From IMG/VR virus record IMGVR_UViG_3300038443_001768: a stretch of DNA of 64,000 bases; one strand, 5' to 3'. Positions 8,779 to 17,740 of this stretch are shown here, piece by piece (positions within the stretch are counted from its first letter, which is position 1; every line of letters begins with the position of its first letter). The notes under the pieces are model-generated. The model was not told the origin of the DNA. It worked only from the letters and a program-made list of their open reading frames with translations, and made no database searches. Position numbers and translations under genes: made by a program. Origin of the DNA: a virus.

Positions 8779-9138
8779 ATGAAGACCTACGGTGAACCTG
8801 GCGGCGTGTACCTGACGTATGCGCTGAACCTCGATCGCGGCGCCTACGTGGTCGAGAACGAGGCCGGAGACGAGCTTTACGCGTCTGGCTCTGAGGCCGA
8901 CGCGCAGCGCTTCTGCGAAGACCTGATCCAGCGCGAGGCCGCCGCTCTCATGTACCAGTCGCAGGCGGCACGCGACGCTCAACGCGGCGGCTACGGAGGC
9001 CCTGCGTACTGGCAGTATCTGGACGACCATGCCTGCAAGATGCGCGACTACTGGCGCGCCCGTGGAGACGAGGAGCAGGCCGCCCTCATGTTGACCCGTT
9101 CGCTGGGTCAGGCGCTCGCTGGCAACGACGGCGAATAA
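8779..9138 (+). CDS. Hypothetical protein
   Basis: AGGAG SD. Confidence 0.7.
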   Translation: MKTYGEPGGVYLTYALNLDRGAYVVENEAGDELYASGSEADAQRFCEDLIQREAAALMYQSQAARDAQRGGYGGPAYWQYLDDHACKMRDYWRARGDEEQAALMLTRSLGQALAGNDGE

Positions 9139-9163
9139 CAACCTCATCAGTTAGGAGCTATCC

Positions 9164-9457
9164 ATGTCCTACAACTCAGACGGCGAGCGCACCGTCCTCA
9201 CTGACGACGCCTACAAAGAGGCGTTCGGTTGCGGGCGCGCCGCAGCCCGCGAGTACCTCAACAACCTCGAAGGCGCGACGCGCAGCGAGGCCCACTGCGA
9301 CGACGTGCGCGAGTCGGTCCACCCGCGGGCGTTCTCGGAGGCGTTGGACGCCCTTGAGGACTTCGCCGCCCTGCCCATCTCAGAGGCCGTCGATGACGGA
9401 ATCAACGAGGCGTGGAACGAATTCATCCACGACGTCGCAGTCAACGACTACATCTAG
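9164..9457 (+). CDS. Hypothetical acidic protein
   Basis: AGGAGCTATCC-ATG start. Confidence 0.7.
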   Translation: MSYNSDGERTVLTDDAYKEAFGCGRAAAREYLNNLEGATRSEAHCDDVRESVHPRAFSEALDALEDFAALPISEAVDDGINEAWNEFIHDVAVNDYI

Positions 9458-9466
9458 AACAACAAC

Positions 9467-9760
9467 ATGCCTAAGATCGCAGAGACCTACAACGGCTGGA
9501 CCAACCGGCCGACCTGGAACGTCAACGTCTGGCTTTCCAACGATGAGAGCCTCTACTGGACGGCCCTGGACGTGGTGCGTGGCTACAAGGAGCACACCAC
9601 CAATTGGTCCGCGAAGGGTGCGGGCCAAGCGCTGCGCGAACTGGTCTTCGCGAACCGCGACGACCGAGGCGGGTTCGGTGACCTGAGGCGCACCGAGCTA
9701 TCCAAGGTCAACTGGACCGAGCTTGGCGCGGCCTGGCTCGAAGACATCATCCACGGCTAG
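9467..9760 (+). CDS. Conserved phage hypothetical protein
   Basis: YNGWTNxxTWNVxxWLxND...VNWxEL motif common in phage early genes. Confidence 0.75.
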   Translation: MPKIAETYNGWTNRPTWNVNVWLSNDESLYWTALDVVRGYKEHTTNWSAKGAGQALRELVFANRDDRGGFGDLRRTELSKVNWTELGAAWLEDIIHG

Positions 9761-9899
9761 GACCATGAGCATCATCGACCTCATCGCACTGACCCAGGCC
9801 TCTCTACTGGAGAGCGTCTTCGACTTCTACTACGACAACCCAGCGCGCCAGCCAGGAGGCTGGCACCGCGCTATCCGCGCTCACATCAAGGCGTAGCAC

Positions 9900-10151
9900 A
9901 TGAACATGGACCCCAACATCGTCCTGCTGACCTACCAGGGAGTCGTCCGCTATCACGGACGGGTGGTTGTCACGGTCGGCGACGAGACGCTCTCGCAGGC
10001 CGTCGTACGCGCCCTGGACGCTGACCCCGACTTGCCGACGCCGCAACCGTGGGACCGCCTGCTCTTCCCGGACGCCGCGCCCGGCTCACAGTGGGCGACG
10101 CTGACGACGGAGCGGTTCCCGGCGCGCTCCATCAACCCCTTCAACGGCTAG
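9900..10151 (+). CDS. Hypothetical protein
   Basis: ORF in gene array. Confidence 0.6.
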   Translation: MNMDPNIVLLTYQGVVRYHGRVVVTVGDETLSQAVVRALDADPDLPTPQPWDRLLFPDAAPGSQWATLTTERFPARSINPFNG

Positions 10152-10160
10152 GACGACAAC

Positions 10161-10367
10161 ATGACACGCAAGGACTACGAGTCGATCGCGCTGGTGCTGC
10201 TGTCGGAGCGTTCGCGCTCGATGGGCGACGAGTTCGACAACGACGTTGCAGCCAAGGTGCTCGACAACGTCGCGTACGCGCTGGCCGTCGAATTCAAGGC
10301 CGACAACCCCCGGTTCGATCGGGACCGGTTCCTCATCGCGAGCGGCGCAACCCGAACCAGCCGCTAA
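10161..10367 (+). CDS. Conserved phage hypothetical protein
   Basis: MTRKDY...DNPRFDRDRF motif. Confidence 0.75.
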   Translation: MTRKDYESIALVLLSERSRSMGDEFDNDVAAKVLDNVAYALAVEFKADNPRFDRDRFLIASGATRTSR

Positions 10368-10400
10368 GCGAGCTATCCAAGTTCTACATCTAGGAGCAAC

Positions 10401-10643
10401 ATGAAGGCCTTTGTCGTCTACATCGACACCGACGAACTCTCCGCCGCCGATCTGCGGGTGGCGGTCATCCTGGGGGCTGATTGCGGCGCAGACACCGAGC
10501 CCGCCGTGACCGTCGAGAGGATCGTCTACGACGGTTACCGCCTCGATGTCCGCACCGGCGAGCGCTCCGGACCCAAAGCCCTCACCCTGCGCTACAAGGC
10601 GCAGCCGCTCAGCCATGGTTACGCCGACAGCGACCCCTTCTAG
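10401..10643 (+). CDS. Hypothetical protein
   Basis: AGGAG SD. Confidence 0.65.
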   Translation: MKAFVVYIDTDELSAADLRVAVILGADCGADTEPAVTVERIVYDGYRLDVRTGERSGPKALTLRYKAQPLSHGYADSDPF

Positions 10644-10649
10644 GAGTAC

Positions 10650-11186
10650 ATGATGAACAACGACATCCGCACCGCCAACGTCGAGGTCTCCGAGGCCCCT
10701 GGCGGTCGTGGCGGCTACCACATCGTCCGCTCGCACGGCATCGCCGGTACGTGGTGGGCGTGCTCGCGCAGTGGCGACGACGCCATCTCGATGGCTGTCT
10801 ACGCGTCGCTGTTCGGTGAGTGCCCGCGCCGCCCGTGGGAGCCGCCGATGGCGCCCAACGAGGTCGACGGCATGAGGTCGCCTCTGGCGGTGTCCTACGA
10901 CAGCGAGGCCGATGCGCGAGAGGCCTTTGAGCGCATGGAGCGCGCGTGGTCGGCGGCCCTGCGGGGGACGCTGGTCGAGCTTCAGCCCTACGCGGAGGAC
11001 GACGACTCAGTGACCCTCACCGACGAGGACTTCGAAGTCCTCAACCAAGGTGGCTATATCAGCCTCCCCGACGGGCGCGTCGTCATCGACGGGCTCGACT
11101 GCTGCGCGCACGTCCTGACGCCGGGCACCTATTGGGGCGCGGACGGCAACTGCTACGAAGTACCAACCAAGATCACCAACAGCTAG
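10650..11186 (+). CDS. Hypothetical protein
   Basis: AGGAG SD. Confidence 0.7.
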   Translation: MMNNDIRTANVEVSEAPGGRGGYHIVRSHGIAGTWWACSRSGDDAISMAVYASLFGECPRRPWEPPMAPNEVDGMRSPLAVSYDSEADAREAFERMERAWSAALRGTLVELQPYAEDDDSVTLTDEDFEVLNQGGYISLPDGRVVIDGLDCCAHVLTPGTYWGADGNCYEVPTKITNS

Positions 11187-11197
11187 GAGCACACCCA

Positions 11198-11677
11198 ATG
11201 TCTGCGTTCGTCGTCAGCAAGGCCCATATCGATGCTATGATCACGGCCGCGATCGACCTGAACATCAACTACTGGAACGGCGAGAGGTGGTGCGTAGTCA
11301 GCGCCGCTACCGCCAACGAGGTCGGACAGGCGCTGGTCGACGAGTGCGTGCGTTCGGTCAGCTACCGCTACCCCAACGATGACGTCAAGGCCGGTGAATT
11401 GCCCGGTCCCGGCGACGCCTACTACGTCGAGCCGTACCAGTACATGCGCACGCGTAGGTTCTCCGACGCAGAGGTCCGGGACCTCGTTCGCTGCTACGAG
11501 TATCAGGCATGCGAACACCCTGGATGGCGGACCTCACCGGCCGAGTACTTCTGTCGCGCCGTCGAGGGCAAGCTGCTATCGCGCATCCCGGGCGAGGGCG
11601 CGCGTTGGGGCGTCGAAGCCGACGACGTCGGCTACGGCACACGCAACGACTTCAACATCACCGATCTACTCAGCTAG
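11198..11677 (+). CDS. Conserved hypothetical protein
   Basis: MSAFVVSxxHID...CYEYQACEHPGW motif; AGGAG SD. Confidence 0.75.
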   Translation: MSAFVVSKAHIDAMITAAIDLNINYWNGERWCVVSAATANEVGQALVDECVRSVSYRYPNDDVKAGELPGPGDAYYVEPYQYMRTRRFSDAEVRDLVRCYEYQACEHPGWRTSPAEYFCRAVEGKLLSRIPGEGARWGVEADDVGYGTRNDFNITDLLS

Positions 11678-11687
11678 GGGCAACGCC

Positions 11688-11969
11688 ATGAACTCGATCA
11701 AGTTCCAGGCCATCTCTGAGGCGGCGGCGCGCGACCTCGACGGCAACGTTGTCGCGGCCTTCGACCTCGCCGACGAGGACGGCTGCTATCCCGCGGCGCT
11801 CATCGCGTGGCAGGGACGAGCCCATCCGACTCGTCACGGCACCCACATGGCGGTCGTGCCGCCTGATCGCGCAGTCTATTTCGTCGATGGCGCGTACGAC
11901 TTCGCCGAATCCCTCGACGCTGTCAGTGACGCCTTCCATCGCTGGCTGCGCAAGAACCCCATCAACTAG
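11688..11969 (+). CDS. Hypothetical protein
   Basis: ORF in gene array. Confidence 0.65.
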   Translation: MNSIKFQAISEAAARDLDGNVVAAFDLADEDGCYPAALIAWQGRAHPTRHGTHMAVVPPDRAVYFVDGAYDFAESLDAVSDAFHRWLRKNPIN

Positions 11970-11983
11970 GAGCTATCCACGTC

Positions 11984-12190
11984 GTGAAGAGCATTATCTT
12001 CTTCCGGGTCGATGTGCCCGGCATCGGTGACAGCGTTCGCGTCCAGGACGACGTCGCCGGCATTGACAGCAAGCTGCGGGCCGCACACCTGAACCACGAC
12101 CTGACCATCGAGGTCACGACGTCGTCGGGGCGTGCGCTCGTTATCCCGATCGATCTGATCGGGCCGTTCCGCGACTACCAGGACCGATGA
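11984..12190 (+). CDS. Hypothetical protein
   Basis: AGGAGCTATCC upstream of GTG. Confidence 0.6.
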   Translation: MKSIIFFRVDVPGIGDSVRVQDDVAGIDSKLRAAHLNHDLTIEVTTSSGRALVIPIDLIGPFRDYQDR

Positions 12191-12578
12191 TGGAGTCCGC
12201 GATCACGCAGGACACGATCATGGCGGTAGCGCTGCGACATGATCCTTACGCCGAGTGGGCGTCCGACGAGCCGGACGAGAACTGCCTTCTCATCGCGCAT
12301 CATGCGGTCGTGTTCCTGCTCGACCGTTACCCCGACGCCTACGAGGACCCCAACGTCCTCGCTATCGGCGATCACACACGCGTCGTCTTTCCGACCCTCA
12401 ACAACTGGACCCTGTGGCGAACATCAACGAGCAGCGCGAGGTCGCGCAGCACATCATGTCGCTCATCGTCAAGGGCACGCCGCATGCCGACGCGCAGATC
12501 GCGGAGGCCGGTATGTGTCTCGCCGAACTGGTCATCGCGCTCGATCATTGGCGGCGTACCGGCGGATTCGACCCCTAC

Positions 12579-12637
12579 AGCGCGTAGCCATCAGAGGCCA
12601 AGTCATAGGATTTGGCCTCGATGAGTGCGAGCTATCC
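12579..12637 (+). repeat. 59-nt hairpin element, family 2 copy D
   Basis: AGCGCGTAGCCATCA-GAGGCCAAGTC-ATAG-GATTTGGCCTC-GATGAGTGCGAGCTATCC. Confidence 0.9.
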
Positions 12638-12662
12638 AAGCCCTACAACTAAAGGAACACCT

Positions 12663-12875
12663 ATGCCTGTCGTTCACTTCACATCCTCAGACTCCTTCAT
12701 GGAGTTAGACAATCGCGCCGCGCTGACCGCTGACGTCGAGGTCGTCGACTACGTCGAGGCCACCTACTGCGCCCTCCGCACGGGTCCCGACGGCGTCACC
12801 ATCGCCGTCTACGAGGGCGGCGCATGGGAACTGCCGGACGGCCGCCGGTTCTCCGATTGGGCCGTCCGGGTCTAG
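12663..12875 (+). CDS. Hypothetical protein
   Basis: AAAGGA SD. Confidence 0.65.
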   Translation: MPVVHFTSSDSFMELDNRAALTADVEVVDYVEATYCALRTGPDGVTIAVYEGGAWELPDGRRFSDWAVRV

Positions 12876-12884
12876 GACATCAAC

Positions 12885-13277
12885 ATGATCGTCAACGGCA
12901 CCACCTACCACGACCGCACCGACGAACGTGTCATCGCGGCCCTTGAGTGGGCGCGCGCGCGCCGCGTCCGTATCCGGGTCCACTACGGAACCACCGTGAC
13001 CTCGATGCCCGCCTCGCTGGGCTCGCCTGTCGGGTCTGATTGGGGCGACACGTATCACGTCGAGGGCTACGTCGGGCGCTCCACCGGCAACGAGAAGATT
13101 CCATTGTTGGTCAACAACGCTCGATCCACAGGCGGCCCCGCGATCCTCGACGACTGCATCGTCAGGGTCCGTATGGCGAACCGCTCCGAGGGTGGCGATA
13201 TCTACCGCCACCCCTCATACTGTCCCCCGCCGCGTGGCGACTTCGACGAGAAGACCTACAACCGACATTTCGCCTAA
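12885..13277 (+). CDS. Conserved phage hypothetical protein
   Basis: NGTTYH...GYVGRSTGxxKIPLL...GGPAILDDCIV motif. Confidence 0.75.
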   Translation: MIVNGTTYHDRTDERVIAALEWARARRVRIRVHYGTTVTSMPASLGSPVGSDWGDTYHVEGYVGRSTGNEKIPLLVNNARSTGGPAILDDCIVRVRMANRSEGGDIYRHPSYCPPPRGDFDEKTYNRHFA

Positions 13278-13279
13278 GC

Positions 13280-13540
13280 ATGCCTACTACTCAGGAAATT
13301 CAAGCTGCTCGCGACGGCCTGCGGCGGCTCGCGCGGGTCATCAACCACGCGGCCGACGAACTGCACCTTGCGTCGCTGTGCTCGTTGACCATCGACCGAA
13401 ACCCCAACGACGACAACCTGCGAGATGATCAGCGCCGCTCAATCGACCATCACGTCGCGGCGGCGCGCGGCGTCATCGAGACCCAGCCGCCCCTGTACGC
13501 GTACGCGCTGTTCACGCTTCTATCCAAGCACGGACTCTAA
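13280..13540 (+). CDS. Hypothetical protein
   Basis: ORF in gene array. Confidence 0.6.
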   Translation: MPTTQEIQAARDGLRRLARVINHAADELHLASLCSLTIDRNPNDDNLRDDQRRSIDHHVAAARGVIETQPPLYAYALFTLLSKHGL

Positions 13541-13549
13541 GGACCCTAC

Positions 13550-14209
13550 ATGACCAAGATCATCAACAAGCTCTTCGGCCGCTTCAAGGAGCAGCCGCTT
13601 TGGAGCGACGAGTCCTCGAACCAGCGCTGGTCAATTGGGCCGATCAAGTTGGAGTACAAGCCGAGCGTTGGTCTGACGTGGTGGCTCGGCAAGGGGTCGT
13701 CGCTAACCCTGGGCCGACGCCCTGGGTTCAAAGCTCTGGTCCCGGTGTGGGTGCCGGTCTTGCTCCCGGTGCGGCTGCGCATCTTCCACCGCGACGGCGT
13801 CACAGTGACGCTGCGCTTGCGTCGCCCGTACCTGACGCGCTGGGTGCTCTGCGTCGGCACCTGGGCCTACGACGGCGGCGGGCGGCTCGCCAGGGGGCCT
13901 GAGTTCTACCGGCGCGTGGTGCTGACGTGGTGGCGGGTCACTCACCGCCCGCAGAGCGACTACTACATCAAGCCCTGGTACGGCTACGGTGCGGACGGGC
14001 TGGAGTTGTTGTTCAGAGACCGCGAGGCACGCAAGGCCTCCAACGCTCCATTCAAGACCGACCCAGGTGTCGACTATCCCCGCGTAGAGCGCATCTGCCA
14101 GTTCCCGTGGGGATCGACGCCGCCGCGCGGATTCCCGCTCCGCATGGGTGTCCTGGACGGGTTCCGAGACTGGCGTCAGACCAAGTACTACAAGAAGGTG
14201 GCGGCATGA
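13550..14209 (+). CDS. Hypothetical basic, Trp-rich protein
   Basis: AAGGA SD; 219-aa ORF. Confidence 0.65.
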   Translation: MTKIINKLFGRFKEQPLWSDESSNQRWSIGPIKLEYKPSVGLTWWLGKGSSLTLGRRPGFKALVPVWVPVLLPVRLRIFHRDGVTVTLRLRRPYLTRWVLCVGTWAYDGGGRLARGPEFYRRVVLTWWRVTHRPQSDYYIKPWYGYGADGLELLFRDREARKASNAPFKTDPGVDYPRVERICQFPWGSTPPRGFPLRMGVLDGFRDWRQTKYYKKVAA

Positions 14210-14463
14210 CCATCAACCCCATCATCTACGACGCCGACGACTGGCGAGTCATCCGAATCAATCCGATCGACTTCCGGGTCGAGCGGCACTACAAGGGAAC
14301 CGACCACGTGGACTCAGCGCTGGTGTCGCTGCGCGAGACCGTGCATCCTGGCCTGCGCGAGTTCATCGTCGTGCGCGGTCCGTTCTACAGCTATCAACTG
14401 CCCGCCGAGCTTGCGCGAGCCATGTGGCATGCAGTCACGCACGGCCTCGGCATCAGACTCTAA
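14206..14463 (+). CDS. Hypothetical protein
   Basis: ATGA overlap with upstream gene. Confidence 0.6.
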   Translation: MTINPIIYDADDWRVIRINPIDFRVERHYKGTDHVDSALVSLRETVHPGLREFIVVRGPFYSYQLPAELARAMWHAVTHGLGIRL

Positions 14464-14474
14464 GGAGAAACAAC

Positions 14475-15008
14475 ATGTACCGCATGCAGCGCCGCTACGT
14501 CAGCAACCCCAACTACGAGCACGCGCTGGCCGTCTTCGCGGACGGTCTGCTCCGCAACAACGACTACGACCGTCAGCTATGCGGGGCGGTCCTCCACGGC
14601 GGCTCCGATCGGTTCGGCTCGGACGTCTTCGACATCGTCGACCCCAACGTGGTACCGGACCATTTCGTGCTCGGTCCGATCTTCGTCGGGCTGGGCTCCG
14701 ACACGGACTGCGACGGCACCACCTACCACGCCGTCAAGATCGACGCCGACAACCTGCGCGACGCGCTGATCCAGGCGGACGAGTACCCGCACGTCTACAA
14801 GGTCATCACGCTTCGCGAGGCCGACGATGACGACATCTGGGAGGACGGCCGGAAGCCGGGCTGGGACGAGCGCGCCTACTTCCTCCAGGAGGGCTACGCC
14901 TCGTTGGGCGCGGATTGGAACCCGTGGGTCTACGACGACTCGCTCGGCACGGTGCTCGATCACACCAACGACGTTCCGGTCATCAACGATGACGACCTCT
15001 ACTACTGA
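14475..15008 (+). CDS. Hypothetical acidic protein
   Basis: AAGGAG SD. Confidence 0.7.
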   Translation: MYRMQRRYVSNPNYEHALAVFADGLLRNNDYDRQLCGAVLHGGSDRFGSDVFDIVDPNVVPDHFVLGPIFVGLGSDTDCDGTTYHAVKIDADNLRDALIQADEYPHVYKVITLREADDDDIWEDGRKPGWDERAYFLQEGYASLGADWNPWVYDDSLGTVLDHTNDVPVINDDDLYY

Positions 15009-15021
15009 GAGGAGCTATCCG

Positions 15022-15231
15022 ATGTTGAACAACGAGTACATCATGTTCTTGGTCAAAACTCGCCTGACCCAGGACTGCGACGACGTCGTGCTCGTCAAGG
15101 CGCGCGACCGTGAGGACGCCAAGCGGCAGGCGTTGCCGTTTCTCGGCCACTACGCCAACGAATACGTGGTCGAGCCGTTGACGCGAAGGACGGACAACGT
15201 CATCGTCAGTCTCAGCTTCGCCCTCTCCTAG
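15022..15231 (+). CDS. Hypothetical protein
   Basis: AGGAGCTATCC-G-ATG start. Confidence 0.65.
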   Translation: MLNNEYIMFLVKTRLTQDCDDVVLVKARDREDAKRQALPFLGHYANEYVVEPLTRRTDNVIVSLSFALS

Positions 15232-15293
15232 AAAGGACATCATGTACAACGCATTCGTCATCTATCGAGACCGCATGGAAAGAGAGGCTCAGC

Positions 15294-17708
15294 ATGGCCG
15301 ATGAGTACGAAGACGATAAGAGAATCCTCCTCGTCGAGGACACCAAGACACAACTCATCGATGCGCTGGCCGACCTGATGCTGATCCATGGCGGCGACGG
15401 CTCGAAGGTCCAAGACGAGATTGAGCGCGCCTGGTCGTCAGCGCACCGCCACTACGAGGCCGAGAAGGACGGCGACTCCGAGGGCTTCACGCTCATGGTG
15501 TGCGCGCAGGACGGCAGCCGCTCGGTTCCGCTGCGCGAGTGGGTGACGCGATGACCGGCCGACAGATCGGCACCGTCGAAATCCTGCGTCTCAGGATCTA
15601 CAACATCGACCCCGACGACGAGTACTCGGACGAGGTCGCGGTCGAGCCGGGCGAGTGCCCCGTCCTCGTCGAGGACGGCGTCTACTTCTGGCGCATGAGG
15701 GGCCGCCTCAGTCGCCGCGTCGGTGCTGACGTCGCGGCGCTCGGCGATGGAATGTTCATGGTCTCGCCAGGCGTTGACGTTCAGGTCGGCGACGAGATTG
15801 AGTTCTCGTCGCGTCGGTTCTCCGCCGATGAGTTCCAGGCGCTGCTCAGCGACGACGTTTGTCGCGAGGGTGACACCTCTCAGCGCCTGCGTTTCAACAT
15901 CAAGGAGGGGTATCTGCGATGAGACGCGTCAGGATCGAAGTCACCGAGTACTACATCATCGATATCGGCGAGGAAAACGACGGCACGGACGCCGTCCTGG
16001 AACTCGACGAGATGGACTCAGACGATCGTGCCGCCGCCTACCAAGAGCGGTACGTCAGGGTCTTCGATGACAACACTGGCGGCGAGTTGCCGGTCGATCG
16101 GACGGTCGTGTGATGCTGCTGACGTTCTCCGTGTACTCCGCGGAGCCCTACCCAATCAACGAGTCGTGGTATACGCTCGAAGAGGCTATCGAGGCCGAGT
16201 CCCACACCGTCGCCGCTGAGGCAAACGCGGATCACATCCCGGACCCGTCCGAGGACACGCGCGAGGCTTTCCGGCTGGAGGTCGTGCATGCCGCTACGGC
16301 GGCGTTGCAGCGGCCGGGCGACACCTACCGTGACCCGCTCGGGGTCGTGTGGTCGCTGGTCGAAGACCGCTCCCGAACCTAACGAAAGGACACCAAGATG
16401 AGCACCAAGTACGACGCCTACGTGGAGGCCATCAATCGCGCCGACGAGGCGATGCAGGAGGCGTTGCGCGTCTTGCCTCAAGACGCCAGCGAGCTATCCG
16501 TGCTGGTCACGAACGGAACGTTCCGTGACGTCCGTGCGACGCTCACGATGGCCTACGGGCTCCAGAGGGAGGCCCAGGATGGGACTCGCTGACATCGCCG
16601 CCCGCCTGGCGGCGTACGAGAACGAGGAACTCTCCTACGACGAGGAGGTCGAGTTGTTCCAGGAGTTGCTGGACACCGACGTGATCTACCATCTCCAGGG
16701 CTCGTACGGGCGCCGGATGCAGGAACTGATCGAGGAAGGGAAAGTGCGTGTCGCAGGAGGTAGCTGAGGTCGTCGTGTGGATCGAGACGCCGATCGACAC
16801 CATCAAGTACACCATCAGAGGGATCGCCCGGAATGATGGAGCGCCCCTGGGTGGCGTCTATGTCGAGCGCGAGACCGACGGCGGCGTCGATCAGGCGCAG
16901 GCCGAGGTCGTCCAGCACGGGCCTAGGCTTCTCCTGGACTTCATCCAAGGCTGGCTCAGCGAGAGCATCATCGATGATGACGACGAGCACGACCGGCGGT
17001 GGAATCAGCGCCCGGTGGGCCTATGGTCGCTGATCTGGCGGGCCTGGATGGACGCTGCGGGGGCGCCCACGGCGTGAGAGTTGTCCGGTATCTAGTCGAG
17101 CACATCGCGATCTGCGCAGGTTTCGTGAACGGAACCAGGCACTTCAACGAACGAAAGGACTGAGCAATGATGAGACTTGAGGAAACCATCACGGTGGAGC
17201 GAACTGGCCGCTCCATCGCCTACCGAGGCAGCTACCGAGGCGGCGTCCTCACCATCATCGACCATCGCGGGTACGTGATGACTCCCGAGGAGTTGGGCTA
17301 CGCGGTCGGCGACGAGGCATATGAGAGGTCCCTGAGCCTGCGTCGTAAGCGCGCGCTCGAACTCTGCAAGCTCATCTTCGGTGGCTTCGTTGCCGACGAG
17401 GAACGCGGTGACGACCAGGCCTCGTACTACGCGACCCGACTTCACCGCTTCCACCTGCGCGGTGTCGACCGCACCGAGCAGGGCGTACGCTGGGTGTGGG
17501 AGTACGAGACCTTCTCCCCCTACACGGACTGATGATCGTTCTCGGCATTTTCTGCGTCGTCGTGGCGAGCGGGGCGCTGATCCTCGCAGGCGACGCATTC
17601 GTGCGTTCGGTCGATGATCTCAATCCCGTGCCGCGTGTCCTTGCTGCGCTGGCCCTGTCTGGGCTATGCGCGATCTTCATCTACCTGGCCGCGCTGTGCT
17701 TGGCTTGA
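15294..17708 (+). other. Run of small translationally coupled hypothetical genes (15294-15554, 15551-15922, 15919-16113, 16110-16382, 16398-16592, 16579-16767, 16748-17077, 17167-17532, 17532-17708)
   Basis: ATGA/GTGA overlaps and SD sites; 16579-16767 has an LQGSYGR motif typical of phage small proteins. Confidence 0.65.
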
Positions 17709-17733
17709 CACAACCAACGGAAAGGAATAAGGT
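17705..17733 (+). promoter_or_regulatory. Sigma70-type promoter
   Basis: TTGACA-N17-TAAGGT, 7 nt before ATG 17741. Confidence 0.55.
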
Positions 17734-17740
17734 ACTCACC

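Noticed and set aside
6203-12637. CRISPR array interpretation of the repeats
   Set aside because: Spacing is irregular and gene-sized, the shared repeat core is only 9 bp, and no cas genes are present
7035-12637. Integron attC sites (59-base elements)
   Set aside because: Same length but no RYYYAAC/GTTRRRY cores, and no tyrosine recombinase in the window
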